Counted from the stretch's first letter, positions 30,101-40,626 are shown. The stretch is DNA of 64,000 nt from Bacteroidia bacterium (GCA_038230515.1 JBBRND010000015.1:13694-77693), one strand, 5' to 3'. Numbers and translations: made by a program. Notes: a model not told the origin generated them from the sequence alone.

Positions 30101-30742
30101 ACGTTCTGTTTTCTTTGCCTGGCTCTCTAATGTTTTTAAATTCTTTTCAATTTCAAAAAGAAGATCATTAACACGATTCAGATCAGCATCCGTTTCTTCA
30201 AGTTTGTTCAGCGTTTGTTTCTTGCGGATTTTATATTTCGAAATTCCTGCGGCTTCTTCAAACAAAAGTTTGATGGAATTATTTTTATCGTTCAGAATTT
30301 CATCCACCATTTTCAATTCAATGATGGCATACGAATCAGGACCGATACCCGTGTCCATAAACAAATCGGTAATGTCTTTCAAACGACACGTTACACTATT
30401 TAATAAGTATTCACTCTCGCCTGTGCGGTACAATCTTCGCGTGATGGTTACGTTCGAATATTCTGTAGGCAGAATATTTTTTGTGTTCTCAAATGTGATA
30501 CTCACCTCGGCAAGGTTCGCTGCCTTGCGCGCCTTTGTACCGTTGAAGATGATATTTTCCATCTTCTCACTGCGGAGCATTCGAGTCTTTTGTTCACCTA
30601 GCACCCAGCGCATTGCATCCACCACGTTGCTTTTTCCGCTGCCGTTCGGACCGACAACTGCGGTCACACCTTTGTCAAAATGAATGACGGTTTTCTCCGC
30701 AAAACTTTTGAATCCTTTAATCTCAAGAGAAGTTAAACGCAT
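27182..30742 (-). CDS. smc: Chromosome segregation protein SMC.
   Basis: Has the N-terminal Walker A (MRLTSLEIKGFKSF...VGPNGSGKSNV), a very long coiled coil with a hinge, and C-terminal signature and Walker B motifs (LSGGEKTLTAIALLFGIY...IFDEVDAPLD). Length is 1186 aa. Confidence 0.95.
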   Translation of the reverse strand: MRLTSLEIKGFKSFAEKTVIHFDKGVTAVVGPNGSGKSNVVDAMRWVLGEQKTRMLRSEKMENIIFNGTKARKAANLAEVSITFENTKNILPTEYSNVTITRRLYRTGESEYLLNSVTCRLKDITDLFMDTGIGPDSYAIIELKMVDEILNDKNNSIKLLFEEAAGISKYKIRKKQTLNKLEETDADLNRVNDLLFEIEKNLKTLESQAKKTERYYKLKEQYKELSKELALFTIASNKVTYEELQLQETKQIEERIALEAQVAEGEATLQKDKLANLDLEKELSEAQKQLNEKISHIRQQENDKKISNEKLKHLQDKETQLAQQLSSDKTNLVQTQDQIKLLEEEKFNEENLLTELQQQLNDLRTVVDQARLNHDSLKSEVNLVSQEVKAIQLSMHESEKSYAVAQARKDSLHKEIDRLKSDTELKSTEHETIASKVSEAKTEKELKETELQSLAESEEQIAESIIHMEDELKRLTDELMGEGRKLDSKENEYKLTKSLVDNLEGYPESLRYIKKSASPAAKAPLFSDVLSAGNEYKSALEIFLEPYMNYFVIDDIDEASKAVNLLSEASKGRANFFILKNFEGETNSSPEKISGCVHAMEILEVEEKYRPLCSYLLRNVYIVTEDQDNTPNLRNENKSLVFISQNGKYCRTKHALSGGSVGLFDGKRIGRAKHLEILSKEIEQLTVSLSKVKTLRDSMQRDLSETKQRRERVALGKNKLQQELNKVAHEFSSISSKAEHLFSAIENNKKVLSELENQLHALEGSFMQSSESHQQHLDQLKSEFNTLSERLALLQTQYNDASAELEKQSNEFNQHNIRCIQQQNKIGTIVRDLNYKTALLETLQKNITTNTAEYENVQVLIAELINTSEEFDAHLIALYADKEEFEKTVTTLEATYFKARGSIDELENTIRQLRYRKEQSDQLAQQVKERTMELKMQLNSLKERLSVEFSIDINELIEKDPSPDWTEETLREKVMKQRSQLENYGPINPMAVEAYNEIEERHTFIIEQKDDLAKAKESLLQTIAEIEITAKENFMKAFTDIRTNFIKVFRSLFTEDDDCDLILLDPANPTDSDVQIIAKPKGKRPLSISQLSGGEKTLTAIALLFGIYLIKPAPFCIFDEVDAPLDDTNIDKFNNIIKKFSSESQFIIITHNKRTMTATDIIYGITMAELGVTQVVPVDLTEMEEA

Positions 30743-31177
30743 AATTTGTTTTTAATTCGCGCGCAAAAATAATTTTTAAATCTCTGCAATGCGAGTTGTT
30801 GATAAGTTCCGAAGATAGAACCGAAAACCTTTATTGACGAAACGCTGACAAAAAACTTTTCAACGTTCCTCATCTTCGCAGAGGAAGTTCTCGGAGTGTA
30901 GATCATCGCTGTTGAAAGTACGCTGGTATTGGTTAGAGATGTATACAATTCAAGTAAAAAGATTTTGTAAAATATTTTAATGGTTGAATCTTTACACCAT
31001 CGTTTCAGATCAGAAAAGTAAACTAAAAGTAATGAGCCGCAAAGTAAGAAATCAATCATCCCTGAAAGCCTTACCAAATCAGTGCTTAAAAGAAAATGAA
31101 AACAATTTTTGTTTTTTATTATTCGATTTATACTTTTACCGCCTCCAAAAAAAGTTAACTTAATTTAACCTAACATT

Positions 31178-34100
31178 ATGGGACAAAAAATTTACCTCCC
31201 GCTCATTCTTTTCATTGCAAGTTTTTCAACTGCTTCTGCACAGTCAGGCGAAATTCGCGGACAGATAAAAGAGAAAGGTGGCAAAGACGGAGTTCCGTTT
31301 GCCAGCGTGGCAGCAACACAGAGTGGTGAGCAAGTCATTGCAACCTTAACTGACCTTGACGGTAACTACACATTGAAACCCCTTGGTCCGGGTAAATACG
31401 ATGTGAAAGTAACTTGCGTTGGTTATAGCCCCGCACAAACAAATGGTGTCTTAGTCACTGTTGATAAAATTTCTTTCGTAAATATCGAAGTAGGAAAAGG
31501 CGTTGAATTGAAAGAAGCGGAAGTTACAGATTACAAAGTACCTCTTCTTGATAAAGGACAAACAGCGGTTCAGAAGACAGCCACTTATGAAGAAATTCAG
31601 GCGGCACCTTTGCGTGATGTAAATTCGATAGCATCTCAGTCGGCAGGAGTTTTCCAGCGAGATGAAGGAAAAGAATTGAACGTTCGTGGTTCCCGTTCTG
31701 ACGGCACCGCCTATTATGTTGACGGTATTAAAGTAAGGGGTAATCCAAACATTTCCGCTAAGGGTGCAGAGCAGATTACTGTAATCACAGGTGGAATACC
31801 TGCTCAGTATGGAGATGCTACTGGAGGTATTGTTGCAATAACAACAAGAGGTCCGTCACCGGTTTTTAATTACGGACTGGAAGGAGAGAGTTCTCACTTT
31901 CTTGATGCGTTTGATAATAACCGTTTGTCTGCATCTTTTTCAGGACCAATTTTTGTTTCTCATGATTCCATCGGAAAGAAAACTACTGTTGCGGGATATT
32001 TTATTTCTGCTGACTGGTTATATGACAAAGATCCCAGCCCCTCTGCAATAGGGCAATGGGTAGTGAAAGACGATATTCAAAGGCGACTTGAATTATCCCC
32101 GCTTATTAAATCGTCTACAGGACAGGGTTTTGATAGGCGTGCTGATTTTCTTAGCTACGATAGTTTGGAACATCAGAATGAACGAAAAAATGTTGCACGT
32201 CATAAATACACCATCAACGGGAAACTTGATTTCAGGCCTTCGAAAAATTTCTACATCACTGTGGGGGGAACTTATGATCATGAAAAAAGGCACGACTTTA
32301 TCGATATTTATTCTTTGATGAACTCGTATAATAATAATCAGGTAACTGAGAATCAATATAGGGTATTTGGAAAAATTCAACAACGCTTCGGTGATGAAGA
32401 GTCACAAAAGAATAGTGCTTCGGTTGTAAAGCATGCCTACTACACCTTACAGGCGGATTACACAAAGAACACTAAAGAAGATGGCAACGATGTGCACAAT
32501 GATAAAATATTCCGCTACGGATATGTTGGAAAATTTACGACCCATTTGGAGGATTTTACTTTTCACAATACTCAATTTATAAATGGGGCCGATACCACTT
32601 ATCATGATTTAGTCCTTCAGGACGCAGCAATTACAGCTCCAGTTGATTATGTTCCGTATTCAGGAAGCGCTTACACTTCTGCTTATGCGACACAATTCTT
32701 TGATCTCGTTCCGAATAATTTTACAGAAGGACAGATTCTATCAAATAACGGAATCATTAATGGAGATAACCGGATCGCATTGAATACATACGGACTTTGG
32801 GCACTTCCAGGTCGGACAAGGAATGGGTATCAAAAAACAGAGAACAACCAGTTCCGCATTATTGCTTCGGGATCTGCAGATATAAAAAATCATAACATCG
32901 TTCTGGGATTTGAATATGAACAGCGCGAGGATCGTGGATATACTGTTTTCCCAAGCGGCTTGTGGTCTTTGATGAGAGGTCTTGCGAATTCCACTTTGAT
33001 CAATTACGAAGCTGCTCCTTATTGGACTGGGGTAGGGGCAGATTCTGTTGCAAACCTTCAGTTTATTTATACTCAGACAAAAAATCTCGCAGGTGAAAAT
33101 GCAAAAGGTTTTTATGAAAACGTGAGAGATAAGTTCGGGATTAATTATCACCGTTATGTTGACATTGATAATTATTCTCCCGATGATTATTCGCTTACTA
33201 TGTTTTCTACAGATGAATTGTTAAATAACGGAATTGTTAGTTATTACGGTTATGATGCGCTTGGCAATAAAACAATAAGCAACCCAAGCGTTACTGACTT
33301 TGTCAATAATAAAGATGCAACAAATAATTTTACCCGCTCTATCGGTGCTTTCCGCCCAATTTATGTAGCAGGATATATTCAGGATAAATTTACATTCAAC
33401 GATATTATTTTCAACATTGGCTTGCGTGTGGATCGCTTTGATGCAAACCAACATATATTAAAAGACAAATATCTTCTTTATCCTGCCTATACAGCTGGCT
33501 CACATGAAGTTAAAGACAGGTTCCCTTTCTATACTGTGCCAGGCAATATCAGTTCTGATGCGGTGGTGTATGTAAATGATGTGAAGAATCCTTCCGGAAG
33601 CGGACCCATTGGTTTCCGCGATGGAGACAAGTGGTACGATGCGCAGGGAAACTCAATTACTGATGTACAAAAATTAGCGGAGATAAGTGGCACGGGTATA
33701 GCACCTTTTGTTCAGGAAAAATATTTTGATGCACTGGACAAAAAATTGCTTACTGCTGATGCATTTGGTGACTACGAACCTCAAACTTCATTTATGCCTC
33801 GTATTGCTTTCTCCTTTCCGATTTCTGATGAAGCATTTTTCTCAGCTCATTATGATATTCTAACGCAACGACCCCAGAATGCAGAAGAAATTCGTTTCCG
33901 TCCTGAACTTTATTATTTACTGGCACAAGGAAATTCATTAACATCTCCTAACCCTTCGTTAAAGCCCGAGAAAACTACTGACTACGAGATTTCTTTCCAA
34001 CAAAAATTATCTCGTAGTTCCGCATTATCTCTTTCTGCATTTTACAAAGAGTTGAGAGATAATATTGAAATTACTAGCGTGCAATTTGCGTTCCCGATTG

Positions 34101-34873
34101 ATTATTATACTTATAGCAATATTGATTTTGGAACGGTGAAAGGATTGACATTATCGTATGATCTAAGGCGTACAGGAAATATTCGGATGAATGTAAGTTA
34201 CACCTTGCAATTTGCGGATGGAACAGGATCAAGTTCCGGATCAAATAGTCGCTTAATAGCCCAGCAGGGACAAACAAATTTACGGGAACCCAAACCATTG
34301 GATTTCGATCAGCGCCATCAACTTACTGCTTCATTAGATTACCATTATGGAAAAGGCAAGGATTATAATGGTCCGGTTTGGTTCAACAAACAAGTACTTT
34401 CTGAAACTGGTTTGAATCTGACATTCCGCGCTGGCTCAGGAACGCCTTATACCCGCAAGAAAAATATTACTCCGGAAGCCGACTTTACAACTGCAGCAAA
34501 CGGGCGATTCCAGTTAGACGGTCAGATAAATGGTTCACGTTTGCCTTGGCAATACCGCGTTGACTTAAAAGTTGACAAACATTTTGAATTGAAAACCGGA
34601 AAAAAACCAAACGGTGAAAAAAGAAGACCATATTCCATTGGAGTTTATGTGCAGGTACTCAACTTATTTGATGCACGAAATATTATCTCAGTATATTCTG
34701 CTACCGGCAGTCCGACTGATGACGGGTATCTCTCCTCTGCTGCTGCCCAAAACGACATTAACAACAAGTTGAGCGTTGCTTCTTACAAAGCACTTTATGA
34801 AATTGCAGACAACAATCAGGGAAGTTACAGTTTGCCAAGACGCATCCGCCTTGGATTACAACTTGATTTTTAA
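31178..34873 (+). CDS. TonB-dependent outer-membrane receptor-like protein with an N-terminal carboxypeptidase-regulatory-like domain.
   Basis: Has a signal peptide, a CarbopepD_reg-like stretch (GNYTLKPLGPGKYDVKV) and a plug-like region (NVRGSRSDGTAYYVDGIKV). The 1231-aa beta-rich body ends ...LGLQLDF, with a C-terminal aromatic residue. Confidence 0.6.
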   Translation: MGQKIYLPLILFIASFSTASAQSGEIRGQIKEKGGKDGVPFASVAATQSGEQVIATLTDLDGNYTLKPLGPGKYDVKVTCVGYSPAQTNGVLVTVDKISFVNIEVGKGVELKEAEVTDYKVPLLDKGQTAVQKTATYEEIQAAPLRDVNSIASQSAGVFQRDEGKELNVRGSRSDGTAYYVDGIKVRGNPNISAKGAEQITVITGGIPAQYGDATGGIVAITTRGPSPVFNYGLEGESSHFLDAFDNNRLSASFSGPIFVSHDSIGKKTTVAGYFISADWLYDKDPSPSAIGQWVVKDDIQRRLELSPLIKSSTGQGFDRRADFLSYDSLEHQNERKNVARHKYTINGKLDFRPSKNFYITVGGTYDHEKRHDFIDIYSLMNSYNNNQVTENQYRVFGKIQQRFGDEESQKNSASVVKHAYYTLQADYTKNTKEDGNDVHNDKIFRYGYVGKFTTHLEDFTFHNTQFINGADTTYHDLVLQDAAITAPVDYVPYSGSAYTSAYATQFFDLVPNNFTEGQILSNNGIINGDNRIALNTYGLWALPGRTRNGYQKTENNQFRIIASGSADIKNHNIVLGFEYEQREDRGYTVFPSGLWSLMRGLANSTLINYEAAPYWTGVGADSVANLQFIYTQTKNLAGENAKGFYENVRDKFGINYHRYVDIDNYSPDDYSLTMFSTDELLNNGIVSYYGYDALGNKTISNPSVTDFVNNKDATNNFTRSIGAFRPIYVAGYIQDKFTFNDIIFNIGLRVDRFDANQHILKDKYLLYPAYTAGSHEVKDRFPFYTVPGNISSDAVVYVNDVKNPSGSGPIGFRDGDKWYDAQGNSITDVQKLAEISGTGIAPFVQEKYFDALDKKLLTADAFGDYEPQTSFMPRIAFSFPISDEAFFSAHYDILTQRPQNAEEIRFRPELYYLLAQGNSLTSPNPSLKPEKTTDYEISFQQKLSRSSALSLSAFYKELRDNIEITSVQFAFPIDYYTYSNIDFGTVKGLTLSYDLRRTGNIRMNVSYTLQFADGTGSSSGSNSRLIAQQGQTNLREPKPLDFDQRHQLTASLDYHYGKGKDYNGPVWFNKQVLSETGLNLTFRAGSGTPYTRKKNITPEADFTTAANGRFQLDGQINGSRLPWQYRVDLKVDKHFELKTGKKPNGEKRRPYSIGVYVQVLNLFDARNIISVYSATGSPTDDGYLSSAAAQNDINNKLSVASYKALYEIADNNQGSYSLPRRIRLGLQLDF

Positions 34874-34884
34874 AAGAATATAAT

Positions 34885-37800
34885 TTGAAAACAGCTAAGA
34901 ACTCTATTCGCACCAATATGAAAAAAATTATCATAACATCTTTTTGCATCTTCTTTTCGTTCTATTCATTGCTTGCAAAAGAAAACGTAAATTCGGGATC
35001 CGGACATCGCAATGGACCCATAGGGGGCGATCATCCACTTGCTTCGTGCAATGCATCTACCGCACAAACTGATCTCGACATTAACAATGTCCGCACCAAA
35101 ATTTTTATCAATGGAGATATGTGGTGGGATCTTGTTGGTACTGCAACTTACGAAGTTCCGAAGGGCTCTGGAAAACATTCCTTATTTGCAGGAGCTGTTT
35201 GGGTCGGTGGATTTGATAACAACGGAAACTTAAGAGTTGCAGCTCAAACGTATCGTCAGTCGGGAAGTGATTTCTGGCCCGGTCCAATTGATACTCTCAC
35301 AACCGATGTGACACCCGATGTGTGTACTAAATTTGACCGGCATTTCCGCATTACCCGTGATGAAGTGCAGGAAGCAATTTCTCATTTCACTGTGCCAAAT
35401 GGATACCCTGCCGGGTACCTCCCTCCGCAGGTTATGCAAGATTGGCCCGGTAATGGAGATGATCCTGAGCATGGAGCAGGGCCTGGCTACACGCATTTCT
35501 TAGCTCCTTTTTTTGATCGCAATTCAGATGGCATTTATGATTGGCAGGATGGTGATTATCCCTGGTTTGAATTAACATCATCAACACCTGTGTGCGATGA
35601 TCGTCTGCTTGGGGATCAATCGTTGTGGTGGGTTTTTAATGACGTTGGAAATGTGCATCGCGAAACAGATAGTCCATCCCCAATCGGGTTGGAAATTCAA
35701 GCGCAGGCGTTTGCATTTGCAACCAATGATGAAATAAATAACATGACTTTTTACAAATACAAAATTATCAACAGGAATACTACCACAAATATTGATAGTT
35801 GCTTTTTTGGAGCATGGGTAGATCCTGATCTCGGAAATTACAACGATGACTATGTGGGCTGCGATGTAAAACGTGGATTTGGATATTGCTACAATGGGGA
35901 TGAGAATGATGAGGGTATTGCAGGATACGGATTTAATCCTCCTGCCGTAGGAGTTGATTTTTTTCAGGGACCCGCTGCTGATGTTGGTGATGGAATTGAC
36001 AATGATCGGGATAGTTGCATTGATTGTACATTTATTACGAATGCTCAGGGAGGAATTGATACTATTTCCGACACAATTAAACCGGAACTGATTATCATGT
36101 CAAAGTTTGTTTATTATAATAACGATTTCACTGTTGTTGGAAATCCTGTTGGTGCTCAAAATTATTATGGATATCTTAATGGGGTATGGAAAGATAATGT
36201 GCAAATGACATATGGAGGAAATGGAAAAGGAGCGGGTCCTGGAGCTACCACCGATAAGTGTGACTTTATGTTCCCTGGTAACTCTGATCCAAATCACTGG
36301 GGGACTAATGGTTTGCCAGAAGCTGATTGGGATGAGGTAACAGCCCAAAATCTTCCTGCCGATAGAAGATTTTTGCAATCATCGGGACCTTTTACATTAC
36401 TTCCAGGTGCTGTGAACTATATTACAACTGGTGCTGTGTGGGCAAGAGCTACAAATGGCGGTCGTCTCGCATCGGTTAGATTGGTTCGTCAGGCAGATGA
36501 CTATGCGCAGGCGCTTTTCAATAATTGCTTCAAAGTGGTTGATGGACCCGATGCCCCAGATATAACTATACGTGAATTAGACAAGGAATTAATTATGTCT
36601 ATTGATAACAACAAAATATCTAACAATTACAAAGAGAAGTACAGCGAAATTGATCCTAATACATCAGTAACAAGTTTCTATTCTTTTCAAGGCTATCAGA
36701 TATTTCAAACAGTAGATCCTTTTGTAACAGTATCCGATGTTCATAATCCTGATAAGTCACGCCTCGTTGTGCAGTGTGATATTAAAGATGGAATTTCTCA
36801 GATAGTAAACAATTATTTTGATCAAACCACTCAAGGTTGGAGTCCTGTTGAAGAAGTTAATGGAAGTGATGTTGGTTTAAAACATACATTTAGAATTACA
36901 ACTGATTTGTTTGCGCAAGGAGATCCCAGTTTAGTGAATCATAAAACGTATTACTTTATCGCTGTCGCTTATGCATACGATGCAGGTGAGTCTGCTGGAG
37001 ATCCTTACGTTCCTGCCGGAAGAAATCAGCCATATAAATCCGGAAGAAAAAATATTAAAATCTATACTGCGATTCCACATTCATCAGATCCCGAAAACAC
37101 TGGAACGGTTTTGAATGCTTCTTTTGGTGATGGTCCTGAAATTACACGTATTGAAGGAACAGGTAACGGATTCCAGTTGGGTGGGGACCGCGCTTCTCTT
37201 GATCTTAAAAATGATGCGGAGTATAGTAAATTGTTTTACTCTCCCTTTATGATTGATCACCCAACTTATGTTAAAGCCAGAGGCCCCGTAGATATCCGCA
37301 TTTATGATCCAATTGCTATTAAAGGAGGCAATTTTAATTTATGGGAGACGGCAAAGTTGGATACGTTTATTAATCCTGCCGATACCGTTGGATATGATTC
37401 TTTAGTAGGGACTTATTTCACAGTATTTAATACTGACACAACCTATCATTACGTTGTGTCCGATACAATATGGATATTAAAGGATTCAACTAGTGGTCAG
37501 ATTGATACTTCGCTTAAAACATTGGCTTCACCTTTTGATCAGTTATTTCCTGAGTTCGGTTTTTCTATCAACATGGCTCAAACCCTTCAACCGGGTGCAG
37601 ATGCAACTGGGGGAGCCGGATTTATTGAGTCCACGATAAGTTATGAAATACCCACGCAACGATGGTGGGGAGGTATTTATGATGATGATACAGATCCAGG
37701 TTTGGATTGGATAAAAAGTGGTAAAGAAAGTACAGATTATGCCTTTACGACCAACGGTTCTAAAGATGGTCAGCAAGTTTATGAAAAGATAGTTGGAGGG

Positions 37801-38988
37801 AGTTGGACCCCGTTTAAGTTTACATCATGGGAAAGCGGAAAAACAAGCCCTGGGTATAATACTCAGGCAAATGCTATCAATAAAATTTCTGATTTAGGAA
37901 GTATAGATGTAGTGATTACAACAGATAAAAGTAAATGGACAAAAGTTACTGTTATAGAAACTTCTTATGCAGATAGTTTGACTGTTGGGAATGGGAAACA
38001 CAGTTTTATTAGGCAAAGCCCTTCGCTGGACATAAATGGGAATGTTATTCCAGGCGATATTGGTCATAGTTATTTTCCGGGTTATGCTGTAAACGTGGAA
38101 ACCGGGCAACGCTTGAATATGGCATTCGGTGAAAATAGTTATTACGGTCCAAGTCATGGATATGCAAATGGAAATGGGGAGGATATGAAATGGAACCCAA
38201 ATTCGGACGTAACTGATACCGATGTTTATGGAAGATATATTCTTGGAGGTCGTCATGCTATTTATGTATTTAGCCCAAATACTTTTTATTATCCTAATGG
38301 TAATAGACTTGCTTACATAGGCCCCTATAATGATGCTGTTTATGAACTTGATTCAATAAAAGTGGCTGCGCAAACTAAATCTCTTTGGTCAAGTTGCATG
38401 TGGGTCGGATTTCCTGCTCTTACATCAGGAGAACAGTTGCCGGATTTTTATGGTACCGCAAATGGATATAAAAATGACGTTAAGATCAGGTTGAGAGTTA
38501 CCAAGCCATATTCGAAATACAATCCAAATTCTGTTGCTCTTAACGACAGTTTGCCATATTATAGTTTTTCAACATTTGATCTCGTTCCTCTAATTGAGAA
38601 TGCTGACAAAGCAAAGAGTGCGCTCGATTTAATTAACGTGGTTCCTAATCCTTACTATGCATATTCGCAGTATGAAAAGAACCAATTGGATTACCGAGTA
38701 AAGATTGTGAACTTACCACCGAAATGTAATGTTAGTATTTTTACACCTAGCGGAACATTGGTAAGAAAATACAAGCGCGATGTAGCAAGCGATAACAGTG
38801 GAGGTGGAATTTACGATCCTCGTTCCGATCTTAATCTTGAAACTTCCATTGATTGGGATTTGAAAAACACTACCGGAATTCCTGTGGCAAGTGGGCTTTA
38901 CATCATTCATGTTGAGGTTCCGAACGTTGGAGAAAAGGTTGTTAAATTCTTTGGTGTGCTTCGTCCAATTGACCTTGATACTTTCTAA
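34885..38988 (+). CDS. Large secreted protein with a T9SS C-terminal sorting domain, a candidate PorU-like T9SS C-terminal signal peptidase.
   Basis: Has a signal peptide. The last roughly 90 aa form a CTD-like beta-sandwich (NVSIFTPSGTLVRKY...GLYIIHVEV...KVVKFFGV). Its length (about 1350 aa) and position immediately upstream of a PorV-like gene match the porU-porV arrangement. The true start is probably at the internal MKKIIIT. Confidence 0.45.
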   Translation: MKTAKNSIRTNMKKIIITSFCIFFSFYSLLAKENVNSGSGHRNGPIGGDHPLASCNASTAQTDLDINNVRTKIFINGDMWWDLVGTATYEVPKGSGKHSLFAGAVWVGGFDNNGNLRVAAQTYRQSGSDFWPGPIDTLTTDVTPDVCTKFDRHFRITRDEVQEAISHFTVPNGYPAGYLPPQVMQDWPGNGDDPEHGAGPGYTHFLAPFFDRNSDGIYDWQDGDYPWFELTSSTPVCDDRLLGDQSLWWVFNDVGNVHRETDSPSPIGLEIQAQAFAFATNDEINNMTFYKYKIINRNTTTNIDSCFFGAWVDPDLGNYNDDYVGCDVKRGFGYCYNGDENDEGIAGYGFNPPAVGVDFFQGPAADVGDGIDNDRDSCIDCTFITNAQGGIDTISDTIKPELIIMSKFVYYNNDFTVVGNPVGAQNYYGYLNGVWKDNVQMTYGGNGKGAGPGATTDKCDFMFPGNSDPNHWGTNGLPEADWDEVTAQNLPADRRFLQSSGPFTLLPGAVNYITTGAVWARATNGGRLASVRLVRQADDYAQALFNNCFKVVDGPDAPDITIRELDKELIMSIDNNKISNNYKEKYSEIDPNTSVTSFYSFQGYQIFQTVDPFVTVSDVHNPDKSRLVVQCDIKDGISQIVNNYFDQTTQGWSPVEEVNGSDVGLKHTFRITTDLFAQGDPSLVNHKTYYFIAVAYAYDAGESAGDPYVPAGRNQPYKSGRKNIKIYTAIPHSSDPENTGTVLNASFGDGPEITRIEGTGNGFQLGGDRASLDLKNDAEYSKLFYSPFMIDHPTYVKARGPVDIRIYDPIAIKGGNFNLWETAKLDTFINPADTVGYDSLVGTYFTVFNTDTTYHYVVSDTIWILKDSTSGQIDTSLKTLASPFDQLFPEFGFSINMAQTLQPGADATGGAGFIESTISYEIPTQRWWGGIYDDDTDPGLDWIKSGKESTDYAFTTNGSKDGQQVYEKIVGGSWTPFKFTSWESGKTSPGYNTQANAINKISDLGSIDVVITTDKSKWTKVTVIETSYADSLTVGNGKHSFIRQSPSLDINGNVIPGDIGHSYFPGYAVNVETGQRLNMAFGENSYYGPSHGYANGNGEDMKWNPNSDVTDTDVYGRYILGGRHAIYVFSPNTFYYPNGNRLAYIGPYNDAVYELDSIKVAAQTKSLWSSCMWVGFPALTSGEQLPDFYGTANGYKNDVKIRLRVTKPYSKYNPNSVALNDSLPYYSFSTFDLVPLIENADKAKSALDLINVVPNPYYAYSQYEKNQLDYRVKIVNLPPKCNVSIFTPSGTLVRKYKRDVASDNSGGGIYDPRSDLNLETSIDWDLKNTTGIPVASGLYIIHVEVPNVGEKVVKFFGVLRPIDLDTF

Positions 38989-39007
38989 TTATTATCAAAC
39001 AGAACTT

Positions 39008-40078
39008 ATGAGAAAAGTATATAGACAAATATTTCAAATTGCTTTAGCAACGTCATTGTTGTTGATATCAGTAGTTTCTTATGCTGGAAATCCAGATCGT
39101 GCGGGGCAGGCAGGAGCTAGTGAATTGCTCATTAATCCATGGGCGCGTTCTTCCGGTTGGGGAGGCGTTAACCTCGGTAGCGTACATGGAGTGGAAGCTA
39201 TGTTTGGAAATGTGGCCGGAGTTGCGTTTACTAAAAAGACAGAAGTTGCTTTTGCACATTCCATTTGGTTGAAAGGAAGTGACATGAGTGTGAATGCAAT
39301 TGGGGTTACCCAGAAAGTTGGCGAAGGAAGTGTGCTTGGGTTATCTCTCATGTCATTCAGCTTTGGCGACATTCCTGTTACTACTGTTGATCAACCTGAA
39401 GGAGGATTGGGTAATTTCAATCCACAGTTTCTCAACATCTCTCTCTGCTATGCGAAAGCATTTTCCAATAGCATTTACGGTGGATTGAATGTGAAAGTAG
39501 TGAGCGAAAGTATTTCAAATGTGACTGCTACCGGAGTTGCTCTTGATGCGGGCATTCAGTATGTAACAGGTTTCAATGCCGACCGCGACAATTTCAAAAT
39601 TGGAATCTCGTTGAAAAATATAGGCACTCCAATGAAGTTTGGCGGTGATGGGCTTTCTTCGCGCGTAACCGTTACGAATGTTTCTCCATCTTATGAATAT
39701 ACGGTTGAACAGCGTGCAAATGGTTTTGAAATCCCTTCACTTCTGGGAATTGGTCTTACTTATGATGCAAAACTTGCGACTGATCATCGAGTAAGCATTG
39801 GTCTTGGTTTTACTTCCAATTCTTTTACTCAAGATAATTTTCAAGGCGGAATTGAGTATGCTTTCAAAGAATATTTTATGCTTCGCGGTGGATATGTTTA
39901 CGAGAAGAATATTTTTGATAGTGATCTTCGCACTACTGTATTTACAGGACCCTGTGCCGGATTGTCCATCCAGGTTCCGTTGGGTAAGAGTGGTAAACAA
40001 TTTGGTATTGACTATTCCTTCCGTGCCACGAATCCGTTTGACGGAACGCATACATTTGGTGTGCATTTTAGTTTGTAA
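39008..40078 (+). CDS. PorV/LptO-like outer-membrane beta-barrel protein (T9SS shuttle).
   Basis: Has a signal peptide and an N-terminal AGQAGASELLINPWARSSGWGG motif of the kind seen in PorV/LptO-type barrels. The sequence has alternating beta-strand character and is about 357 aa from the chosen start. Confidence 0.5.
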   Translation: MRKVYRQIFQIALATSLLLISVVSYAGNPDRAGQAGASELLINPWARSSGWGGVNLGSVHGVEAMFGNVAGVAFTKKTEVAFAHSIWLKGSDMSVNAIGVTQKVGEGSVLGLSLMSFSFGDIPVTTVDQPEGGLGNFNPQFLNISLCYAKAFSNSIYGGLNVKVVSESISNVTATGVALDAGIQYVTGFNADRDNFKIGISLKNIGTPMKFGGDGLSSRVTVTNVSPSYEYTVEQRANGFEIPSLLGIGLTYDAKLATDHRVSIGLGFTSNSFTQDNFQGGIEYAFKEYFMLRGGYVYEKNIFDSDLRTTVFTGPCAGLSIQVPLGKSGKQFGIDYSFRATNPFDGTHTFGVHFSL

Positions 40079-40155
40079 AAAACCATTTTTATATTTGCGC
40101 AGCAAACAATCCCGATACCAATCGGGATTGTTTTGTTTTAATAACCAATCGAACT

Positions 40156-40626
40156 ATGTCAGTTTCATATTATACAGAAGGTGGATTAAAAAAACTTCAG
40201 GAAGAACTCAACCAGATGAGGACAGTGGAGCGTCCACGCATATCGCAGCAGATTGCTGAAGCACGCGATAAGGGAGATTTGTCAGAGAATGCAGAATACG
40301 ATGCAGCCAAAGATGCACAGGGCATGTTGGAACTCCGCATTTCAAAGCTTGAAGAAGTAATTGCCAACGCGCGGCTTGTTGACGAAAGCAAACTTGATAA
40401 TTCAAAGGCGCTTGTTCTCTCAAAAGTAAAAATTAAAAACAAGGGTAATGGTCAAACGATGACTTATACGCTGGTGGCAGAGAACGAGGCTGATTTGAAG
40501 TCAGGAAAGATTTCTGTGAGTTCTCCAATTGGAAAAGGTTTGTTGGGAAAAAAGGTTGGTGATGTTGCAACGATCGAAGTTCCTTCGGGCAAATTTAAGT
40601 TTGAGATTGTTTCGATAAGCAGATAG
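40156..40626 (+). CDS. greA: Transcription elongation factor GreA.
   Basis: Contains the GreA/GreB signature LSENAEYDAAKDAQ. Length is 156 aa. Confidence 0.9.
   Translation: MSVSYYTEGGLKKLQEELNQMRTVERPRISQQIAEARDKGDLSENAEYDAAKDAQGMLELRISKLEEVIANARLVDESKLDNSKALVLSKVKIKNKGNGQTMTYTLVAENEADLKSGKISVSSPIGKGLLGKKVGDVATIEVPSGKFKFEIVSISR

Noticed and set aside
34885-34917. Annotated start MKTAKNSIRTN of the 1367-aa protein
   Set aside because: A canonical signal peptide begins at the internal MKKIIITSFCIFFSF. The first 11 codons are probably 5' UTR read through by the ORF caller. The coordinates were kept, but the true start is probably at about 34918.
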